Both the position numbers and the translations under genes were made by a program. From the NCBI RefSeq assembly GCF_006345805.1, contig NC_043009.1, positions 6,758,001 to 6,822,000 on the forward strand: a stretch of 64,000 bases of DNA, in the 5' to 3' direction. Numbering within the stretch: the first letter of the stretch is position 1; each line of letters opens with the position of its first letter. The notes below the pieces were generated by a model, which was not told where the DNA came from, did not search any database, and saw nothing but the letters and a program-made list of their open reading frames with translations. Below, one piece after another: positions 53,554 through 64,000 of this stretch. The stretch comes from Octopus sinensis (lineage: Eukaryota).

Positions 53554-54509
53554 CACACCACAGTCATATACGTTGTACTTATAAAATATTACTATATATA
53601 AGCGTTGGATATACATACATGCATACATACACACACATATGTATGTATATAGAATCTCCATTTTAGCAAATTATAATGTGTAAAAGCAACTTTAAAAGAA
53701 TTCAACAAATGTGAGAATTATTGAAGACATGTAGGAGTAAAGACAGATTAAATTACAATATAATCAGGGAGAATAAAGTTACTAATGGCGAAGAATAAAT
53801 GTAGCTATGAAGCAGAAATACCCAAATGCAAATAGAAATAAAACGACCTTAAAGAAAGAAAGGAACTAAAAATAAATCTGGAATATTTTTAAAATGGCGT
53901 AGTATGCTCAAGAATGCCGGCTAATATGCAGACTAATTAATTAATGAACCTGCCAGTTTTAATCCAGACGGAAGGTATGTATGTACAATATTCTCTACAT
54001 ATTTAGTTTAAGACGTACAGATGGTGATGATATTAACACTGCGCAAAGAATAAAATTAAAAGTTTAAAAATTTAGAATAAATGATTACAAAAAAGGAGAA
54101 ATTTAATTTGATTAGAATCAACTTCCTGTACTTAAAGCTTCGCCAGTCTCATATAATTTACCTTGATGTATCCTTGATGTATAATAAAGATAAGTCGGAT
54201 GAAAATATTGTGATGTTGTTGTTGTTGTTGTTGTTTTTCTGAAATGGATGATGTAATGATGTAAACGTATTAAAGAATTTGATGGAGAAACATTTGTTCC
54301 TCTAAGTTAATAGATGATTACGCAATTCCTTTTTGTTTATCCATTAACATATATCTATATGTTTGTGTGTGTGTCAGAATATGTATATATCCATTAACAT
54401 ATATACATATATACGTCTCTGTGTGTATGTATATCTATGTTATTTTTCCTGTCTTCGTTTTCATTTTTGATGTGATATATTACATACTTCAACACATACA
54501 TACGTGTGC

Positions 54510-54556
<47 letters not shown>

Positions 54557-54840
54557 CACCGTGACTGACCAGGCTATCAGATGTTGCTACACATCGCTGG
54601 TCACAATGCGCTTCGCATAGTTTTAACCTTCAAATGACGCGACCCCGCTGGCTAAGCGAGCAGGCCAACAGAAGAAGGAGTGAGAGAAAGTTATGGCGAA
54701 AGAGTACAGCAGGGATCGCCACCACCCCCTGCCGGAGCATCGTGGAGCTGTAGGTGTTTTCGCTCAATAAACACTCACAACACTCGATCTGGGAATCGAA
54801 ACCGCGATCCGACGACCGCGAGTCCGCTGCCCTAACCACT
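54557..54840 (-). mobile_element. SINE family B with tail type iii
   Basis: Matches 48775-49078. Confidence 0.9.
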
Positions 54841-55545
54841 ATACAGATATATATATATATATATATATGTTCCACTCGATTCTGTTATTCTGTTATTAGA
54901 ATGCGGTCATGCCGGGGCATCACATTGGAGAATTCTAGTCGTACGAATCGAATGCATCCTTTTTTTTTCAGAACCTGGTATGTATTCTATTGGACAACTT
55001 TTCCGAACCATTAAGAACGAACAAACGTTGTAAAGCATTGGTAAGGGACAAACACAGACGCAAAGATACAAGCGGACACACTCACACACGCACACACACA
55101 TACACACGCTCTCAATCATACACACACGCACATATGCAGAATGTGTTTTTTCCAGTTTCCTTCTACGAAATTTACTCAAAAGCATTTGGTTTGGCGGAGG
55201 CAATGTAAGACAATCCTTGCCTGGGCTACCAAGTATTGGAACTGGACGCGAAATCATGTGATATATATTTTTCTAATGATATATATATATAGTGTAGGAG
55301 TTTAAAACCTTTTAGGAATAATTAAATACAAAGGCGCTACTTGTGATTACCTGAGTATGTACAGTCCTATGTAAAGATGTACGGTAGCAGGTAGTTCGGT
55401 GAGAAAACCGTAGTTCAGGTTGTATACGAGAAGAAAACGTATGTAAATAAAAAGGAGAAACTCGTCATTTCGCTGGTATTAAATTAAAGGCGTACCAACA
55501 AAAACGAAGAGTTTCAACTTGTTATTTACATCCATTTTCCTCTCG

Positions 55546-55577
<32 letters not shown>

Positions 55578-55579
55578 AC

Positions 55580-56189
55580 AGATGGAAGTGGAAATAGCAC
55601 AGAGTTAAGTCTCATGCGCTTCAGTTTAAGAGGGACTTTAATAAAAGAATACATAAATAAAATCATTAATATTACCAGTTTCGATGTATTTCATCTTATC
55701 AAATATTAGTGAAATTTTATAAAAATTTTTAAGATTTGAAGTAAAAACAGTTTATCTTCTGTCCGGTGGTCAAAAACATGTCTGGAGATTTTTCGTTGAA
55801 GTCTTCTTTAAATATAGTTTGGTATAGAGTACAAAGTGTTAGAGAGTGAGAGAAGGGATGCTAATGGTCTAAAAGAAATCTTTATGTGTTCCTGTCACGC
55901 GCACATAGACGTGGACACATACAAAAGAAAACATCATAAAAATACACATACAACTCTGTACACACACACACACAAACACACTCACATATAGAGAGAAGAA
56001 AACCTCTCAAAAGCACACAAACACACAGCTGGTGACCACACACATATACACAGGTGGAGACACTCAAAAGAATATCCAAAGAAAAATCCTAATCCCTTTT
56101 TTAACAAGAGAATTTCTTCACAGCATACACACCCATCAACTCACAGCTGGTCATTTTTCAAAACATATTGGAAGGACATTCAACACAAT

Positions 56190-56232
<43 letters not shown>

Positions 56233-56609
56233 CACACATACAAGTGTATATAAAACCCATTCAATAAATGCTTTTTAGCTACTCCCTTGATAGGAACACA
56301 CGAAGATTTCTTTTACAGAATAGAAGCCTCTTCTCAAATTCTCTAACATTTTGTACTCTATACCGAACTAGATTTAAAGAAGACTTCAAACGAAAAATTT
56401 CCAGACATGTTTTTGACTACCAAACAGAAGATAAACTGTTTTTACTTCAAATTTTTCAAATTTTTAAAATAAATTTTTACAATAATTTAATAAGATGAAA
56501 TACATCGAAACCGGTAATATTAATATTTTTATTTATATAATGTTTTATTAAATTCCCTCTTAAACTGAAATATCTTTGACTTAATTCTTTTCAATTTCCA
56601 ACACCATCT
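55580..56609. mobile_element. Long inverted repeat (arms ~270 bp), each arm carrying a decayed hammerhead
   Basis: About 55580-55850 is the reverse complement of about 56325-56609; hammerhead-like motifs at 55667-55708 (-) and 56481-56522 (+); (TA)n outside both arms. Confidence 0.75.
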
Positions 56610-56710
56610 TTTTTAAATTAAAAAATTTGATTTTATATAGATCTCTAATCTTATTTCGACTAGACTATATATATTATATATATATATATATTATATATAA
56701 TATATATATA

Positions 56711-56743
<33 letters not shown>

Positions 56744-56860
56744 GCGAAATTGCGAGGTTGATCCAGTTCTTGGCTGAAGATTGAATGCTTCGAATGACCC
56801 CTCCGTGTTTTTTGTATCTTCTATTTGGATGTTTTGCGTTCTATCCCATTTTGTATTTTA
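56744..56860 (+). mobile_element. Repeat family F, copy 3, inside (TA)n
   Basis: Homologous to the reverse complement of 34422-34539. Confidence 0.6.
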
Positions 56861-57333
56861 TATATTATATATATATATAATATATAATTATATATATATA
56901 TATATATAATATATATATATATATATACATACATGCATATATACATAGCAATATATATACAAGTGATTGTAATATGGATTAACATTTTATAAACACCCGA
57001 TTCAGTGTAATACCAGGACAGGTAGACCAGATTTTCAAATTGATTTTAATAGTAACGCTATAGCCTTCAACTGAATACCAATGCAGGAAATTTGCTGGAA
57101 TTAGTTCGCTTCGAAAATGTCGTAAGTGATGGAGCCGTAATGGAATTTCAGCGACTTGGATGCGTAAAGGCATACGGAGCGATGTGCACTTGCTGCAATT
57201 GAAACATATGTTGGTCATTGTGCTATATATGCTGTAAAAAACGTTTTTAATAAAAGGTTTATGGATGTGAATAAATCTCCACTCCCCTCTTTGATTTCCA
57301 TTATACACACACACCACACAACACACACACACA

Positions 57334-57381
<48 letters not shown>

Positions 57382-58779
57382 TGTGTGCGTGTGTTTGTCT
57401 ATGTGTCAATAAATCTGTGTACATTCATATTCATTAAGCATTAGTCTATTGCAATATGTGTATTAACTTCTGTATTTTGTAGTGTCTTCTTCAGTTTTGC
57501 GATCATTGCTCTCATCATATAATTTATCCCGTCTGATTAAGTGCTTTGCTACTTCAGAATTTCCCTAAGGTGTTACCGGTTTCTCCGATCTATTCATATT
57601 GCACAGTTACAAGCTGCTGCCCAACCCGAAATAGTCTATTACGTGAACTACACTGTGATATTGATAACTTTTGCCTTGTTCTTTAATACCAAAGTTCATA
57701 TCCTTATATTCTACATACACATCTCCCACAAATATATAACCTTGTTGGAAGTTTTGAATTTACTTATCTCTCAATGCCTATACATATATATGTGTGTGTG
57801 CATGGGTGAATATTTGTGATACGCAGTGTGATTTTGTACGTAGATTCACATGTGTTTACACGTCCATATATTATTTTCTTAGAGTATGTATCAATTTTAT
57901 TGTTCTTCATATCTTGCAGCTAAGCTACGGTATATATTGAAATATGATGTCGATTGAGGGCGACCTCTTGCTACCCTCTTTATCAGTATTTATACTACAT
58001 AATTCTACATATTACAACAAATCTGGAGATGGAGATCTTCAAATAGTTTCATATCCTCCACTTTGTATCAGTGCTGGCAGTCTATCAAAATATTTACCAT
58101 TGGGACCGATCGTATTTCGCGACTTGATCACTGTTCTCCGTGGTATTATTACTATATCCATTGTGTGTCTGTGGATTGTCTTATCAAAACGTCAATTCCT
58201 GTTTCCCTTGATATATTTATCTTCATTGATTTGCTTTAAAGATACATAAAACACACACACACAAACATATACATATACGTATTTAGACAATGACTATGGA
58301 TTGATATAAACCACCACACAATTTAGTTATATGAAATTGCTTAAGGGTAAAGTATTTCTGGAAATATATATGAAGTACGATTTTTTCCTAAGTATAGTAT
58401 TTTTCTTAGTTGAAGCAAAAAACATTTCACGCATATTTTGAAGTCTACACGAATATTTAACTATATATTCACACACATACTCACACACACGCATCCTCAC
58501 CCCACACACACATACATACATACATATATACATACATACATACATACATACATACATACATACATACACATACATACATACATACACACATAAACATAAA
58601 CATATATATCTATATGTATATCTATATCATATCTATGAATCTATATTTATATCTATATCAATATCTGAATATTCATGCATATGTATGCATTTATATGTAT
58701 TTATGCGTATCTACACACATACTACACACACACACATACACAAACACCATACACATACATATATGCATAGGCATATGCA

Positions 58780-58871
58780 TGTATGTATGTATGTATGTAT
58801 GTATGTATGTATGTATGTATGTATGTATGTATGTACGTATGTATGTTTGTATGTATGTATGTATGCATGTA

Positions 58872-58907
<36 letters not shown>

Positions 58908-59757
58908 TGTATGTATGTATGTATGTGTGTATGTATGTGTGTATGTATGTATGTAGTAGTATGTATGTATGTATGTATGTATGTATTGTGTATGTATGTA
59001 TGTATGTGTGTATGTAGTATGTGTGTATGTATGTATGTGTGTATGTATGTGTGTATGTATGTAGTGTGTATGTATGTGTGTATGTATGTATGTGTGTATG
59101 TATGGTGTATGTATGTATGTATGTATGTATTATGTATGTATGTGTGTATGTATGTATTGTATGTGTGTATGTATGTATGTATGTGTGTATGTATGTGTGT
59201 ATGTATGTATGTAGGTATGTATGTATGTGTGTATGTATGTATGTGTGTATGTTGTATGTATGTATGTATGTATGTTGTGTGTATGTATGTGTGTATGTAT
59301 GTATGTATGTATGTATGTATGTATTGTATGTGTGTGTATGTATGTATGTATGTGTGTATGTATGTGTGTATGTATGTATGGTGTATGTATGTGTGTATGT
59401 ATGTATGTGTGTATGTATGTGTGTATGTATGTATGTATGTATGTATGTATGTGTGTATGTATGTATGTATGTGTGTGTATGTATGTGTGTATGTATGTAT
59501 GTGTGTATGTATGTGTGTATGTATGTATGTATGTATGTATGTATGTATGTATGTATGTATGTGTGTATGTATGTGTGTATGTATGTATGTATGTATGTAT
59601 GTATGTATGTATGTGTGTTGTATGTATGTATGTGTGTATGTATGTATGTATGTATGTATGTATGTATGTATGTATGTATGTATGTATGTGTGTATGTATG
59701 TGTGTATGTATGTGTGTATGTATGTATGTATGTATGTATGTATGTATGTATGTACCG
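58780..59757. repeat. ~1-kb degenerate (TATG)n array, with (CATA)n at 58510-58590
   Basis: Directly visible; accounts for the 391-aa and 360-aa pseudo-ORFs. Confidence 0.95.
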
Positions 59758-59769
59758 TACGTATGTTCT

Positions 59770-60790
59770 TCAAAAATAAAACTTTTTGATCGAATTCTTG
59801 ATGCAGTCACAATAGAATAAGAAAGTTACTAATCTTATTTCATTCGTCCCACGACAAGATTCCGCATTTCTCGCTTGCATTATTTCTTCATCTAATGTAA
59901 TTTTCGCTTTTGCTGAGAATCTTTTAAGATATAATCATTTTCTTTGTTAATAATCAGTGAAATTACAACTAATTTTCTGGTATTTGTAGAATTGGTAGCG
60001 AACGTTAGGCCGAACGTAAGATACTCTGGTTTCTAACTTTACTAGTGACTTACAGTTTAGTTTTTGTTATCGATGCCATTGGGATCTCCACAAGGCAGGG
60101 ATTGGAATATCTCTGCTTTGGTTATAGCCATGACTTACTAATGTGTTTCGGATATTTTTGTTTCTGAAGAGATGGTCTTAATTCTACAAGTCATCTTTCT
60201 CATCTATTTGTGTGCGTTTCTAATTTGTACGAAGATATATGTTTTGTCTTTATAAATGAAGTATTCCTTTGAAGATGACATGGATGGCAAGACTTAAAAA
60301 TCTAAATATTAGTTTGCGTTCGTGTTCTTGCAGTAGAAATCGGTTGAAAGATTCTCATTTTCCTCAATGCCAAAATGTCAAAAAGAAAAAAAAAGTTTTC
60401 AATAATTCTTTTCCAGGTGAAATGGGATCGATCTTTTCATGATGTAACTTTGAAGAATCTCGTAACATCTTTGTAGTTGTGTCCCGAAATGCGAAGCGGT
60501 CATCCAGGAACCTTTTCTAGATTTCTTTGAAATAGGACTAGAAATGTTCATAAAAAGTAATCTGAGGTAGGATATAAACTTTAAGGAAACCCATCGCTAG
60601 TGTTTCAAACATGGGTGCCGCATTGATGTTCTTTCTGGTCCCTTTTATTTGAAGGTGACCTTGATTATGAAAGAAGTATTTTTTTACCATAAATTCATTT
60701 GGGAATTTCTCACGAATCTGAATCTGAATATATACACCAGGAATCATCCAACCAGTATATGTAAATTCCTCACCCCAAACTTATATATAC
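59770..60790 (-). mobile_element. Decayed Penelope-like element reverse transcriptase
   Basis: LQIKGT...AAPMFETLAMGFL, *KRFLDDRF (catalytic DD at 60499-60504), FDIL, TDFYCKNTNAN*YLDF / SCHPCHLQRN, GITKA-like and KRxxxNL-like segments, in PLE order with frameshifts. Confidence 0.85.
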
Positions 60791-62349
60791 ACATGCATGG
60801 CGTAAAATATAAGGGGTGGTGCGAAAGGCATTTTTCATGTTAAAAATGAATTAAGCCTGAAAATGGAAATTGACTTTTAAGTCGCCCTGTATTATTTCGT
60901 ATTAGACGACAGATAATATTTTATAGCAATGCCAAAAACAAAAGCGAAAAACTAAGTTACAACAAAACTATAGAGTAGACATTATGTGGTTTTATGACTT
61001 GCTGAGAAGAGAAGCTAAAGTTCTCTTTCACTCAATCACACTCACTCTGTCTCTCTGTCTCTGTCTCACTCTGTCTCTCTCTGTGTCTGTCTGTCTGTCT
61101 CTGTCTCTCTCTCGCTCTCTTAAACCATACTGTAAAGTCTTAAATTAATGTCTGATTGGATTGTGTAGTCTGTTATACAAAATAATGGACAGTGACGAAT
61201 GAAGCACATTTGATCGAAGTCCTGCTGGATTGGGATCTCACAGGCATCTGAACGTCTACCGTAATAACAACACCAGCATTATTTACAGCAGAATATGAAA
61301 ACCCCTCCCGGGAACAGTAACAAAGTTTCCCGCAAATTACACTTTAAGCATCTTAATTGAGGATATATACGATGAGGTGGTCCTAAATACACTATATAGC
61401 TAGGATATAAAGCGATGTTCATTATAGAAGGAAATTTTTCCATCAACATGTTTACATAATCAGAAGGAGTTTGAGGGATAAAAGAAAAGAGTTGAAAAAT
61501 AATTTGCGTCAGCCCTTGTTTTTTGTTTTTATTTTTGTTTTTCCCAATTTATAACGTCTACTTCATCATTGAGGTAAAGATTACAACTGGAATCAGAAAC
61601 TGATAAGGGCACATGATTGAACAGCGTTGTGTCATTGTTGCTGCGGTTGCTAATGCTGATTAGCCTCAGGTCAGCTCCGACGGAGCAAACTAATGATGGA
61701 ACGTATTACCATTGGACGCAGCAACTGGAAGTAAATCCTAATTGAACAGCGGTGTATTTTAGATAATGTTGCTGTTGTTTGACCTTAGGACACCACTGAT
61801 GAAGCACACCCAATGATCAAAAGGATTCTAGACATTATCTTCCTCTATACTCTATTCAGCTGTAATATATCCCATATGTTCTTCCCTGTTTTCCAAGACG
61901 TTGGGATTCTATACAAGCAACACTTCACTGAAGGTTAAGCGAGCTTGTTGATGGATCCAAGTGTTAATTGTTTTAGAGAGAAACAATACCATCGAGATAA
62001 TTCGAACCACATCACTATCGTTTGCCAGGAGATTAGATTACCGATCACAGAACACATAGAGGGATGTGTTAGCTTTGCGTGTTGATTTCAATGACATATG
62101 TCATAATAACATTATGTCTGCCGCAGATTGGTGTGATATGGCATTCTCCGGGACGACATTGCAAAAGTAGCGAACCTTTATTCCATACCCAAAATTCAGC
62201 ATATATACATATAAACATGCATATGTGTTTATATGTGTATATGCATATATTATATATATGTATATACAGATAAGTGTATAAGCTTACATAATGCACAAAC
62301 AAACATATATACTTGCATCTATCTATCTGTCTATCTGTCTATCTATCCG

Positions 62350-62416
<67 letters not shown>

Positions 62417-62419
62417 GTA

Positions 62420-62453
<34 letters not shown>

Positions 62454-63152
62454 GCTAGCTAGTTGTATAAATATACATATGTAATTTTATATACATACAT
62501 ACATACATGCATGCATACATACATACATACATACATATGGGGATGGAAATATAAAGTAAAATTATGTGAACGTGTTTACCAAAAAGAACATCCGCTCGTT
62601 TACATATGTTTACTCTAAAAATCTGCTTATCCCACTGTTGTATAGAATTGTAATATGCAAGTGTTTGTATGTGCGTGTATGTGTGTGTGTGGTGGGGGTG
62701 GGGTTACATAATCTTGTGCATTTGTCGTTCACTGCATGTTTGTGTATTCCTGTATGTAATACGAAGAAATATCATTTATGATATTTAGCATATGTGTGTG
62801 ATCATTGCATACACGTCGTTAGTTCAAACAAGATTATATGCTCTTTGCGTAGTAACATTTCGTGAGTAAGGGAAGAGGCTAGCTACAATGGAATGGAACT
62901 TGTCTCGGAGCAACGATGTTCCGGGAGCTTGTCGCATCCGTAGCGATGCTTGTTATTAGAATCTCTCTATCTCTCTTTCTCTTTCTCTCTCTCTCTCGCC
63001 CCCTCTATCTAACTACCTACCTACCTACAAATCTATTTGTCTAACTATGTATCTAACAACCTATCTATTATCTATCGAGCTATCTATGTATGTACGTACG
63101 TATGTATGTATGTATGTATGTATGTATGTATGTATGTATGTATGTATGTATG

Positions 63153-63185
<33 letters not shown>

Positions 63186-63314
63186 CTCTTTCTCTCTCTC
63201 ATCTCTATATATATATATATATATAAATGTATATATATATATAGATATGTATTTTAGTATGCATTTGCATATGCATGTGTTTGTGTGTATAAAAATGCAT
63301 ATAGACTCGTTACA

Positions 63315-63370
<56 letters not shown>

Positions 63371-63519
63371 ATATTTACGTATATGTGTATGTGAAGTCTA
63401 GCAAGTCGAAACTTTGTAGTCTCTATCACCCTTCTACTTTGAGAAATATAATGAACATGTAATCTGCGAAAAAATTTCAGAAATTTTTCGGTTTGATATT
63501 GAGTTGTTTTCAAGCGGCA

Positions 63520-63730
63520 AGCTGGCACAATTGTTAACTCGTCGGAAAAAATACTTAGCAGTATTTCATCCGTTGTTACGTTCTGAGTTCAAATTACGCC
63601 GAGGCCGACTTTACCTTTCATCCTCTCGGGGGTCAATAATAAAAGTACCATTCGAGTCCTGAGGTCTATGAAATCGACTTATTCCCCTCTCCCGAAATTT
63701 CTATCCTCGTACCAGAATTCGAAACTAATA
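63520..63730 (+). mobile_element. SINE family A
   Basis: gcggcaagctggcacaattgttaac head followed by the family core. Confidence 0.8.
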
Positions 63731-64000
63731 TTAAATCGCCTTATATTGTAAATCTACATAAAAACAAATATTTAATACTCGCGTGAGTTCTTGCCCGGTT
63801 AATTATTATTTCAGTAAACACAAAGGGAAAATGTACACGAAACACAATAGACAGAATATAGGAGTGTAATATTTAGAAAATTTTCAATAGACGCGGTTAA
63901 GATCTAGTTAACATTGTATAGAATGGGTTACCGTGGATACTGGATTGTTTATTTAGCTTAATTGTTGAGTGTTAAGTTCATGGCCGAAGGAAACAATGGA

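Noticed and set aside
57150-57225. CFNCSK..HIAPY zinc-knuckle-like remnant (minus)
   Set aside because: Needs a frameshift, and no gag, protease or RT context was found nearby.
58614-59820. Long ORFs of 199-391 aa
   Set aside because: Translations of (TATG)n with no real protein content. The same applies to the ORFs at 13597-14341, 28639-29712, 30274-30852, 31701-32534 and 35693-36768.
61790-61830. ctgatgaag motif, with similar ones at about 14840 and 15905 (minus)
   Set aside because: No closing helix II followed by GAAA.
63385-63420. Hammerhead-like remnant gtgaagtctagcaagtcgaaactttgta
   Set aside because: The core is eroded into the microsatellite and helix I is absent; too many repairs are needed.

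Overview
AT-rich, microsatellite-saturated, non-coding eukaryotic DNA. The repeat families (tRNA-derived SINEs with GGCGGCGAGCTGGCAG..., GGCGCAATGGCCCAGTGG... and GGCGCAGGAGTGGCTG... heads, plus mariner, RTE and Penelope remnants) look like those of an Octopus genome; this is recognition from memory, not a database result. I found no intact protein-coding gene, and every long ORF in the supplied track is a simple-repeat artefact or a TE fragment. There is one 100-N gap at 40042-40141. The main signals are: (1) several different (TA)n-embedded Penelope-type pseudo-LTR fragments carrying minimal type I hammerhead ribozyme motifs, including a structurally complete variant with a swapped G3:C8 core pair (48574-48625, minus) in a ~270-bp palindrome, together with a decayed Penelope-like RT (59770-60790); (2) a GC-elevated, intronless island (about 41018-42240, minus) that reads as a decayed superfamily-1 helicase of unknown, possibly viral, origin; (3) SINE multimers bounded by target-site duplications, a mariner derivative with two 5' ends, a Merlin-signature MITE and an element embedded in (TAA)n.
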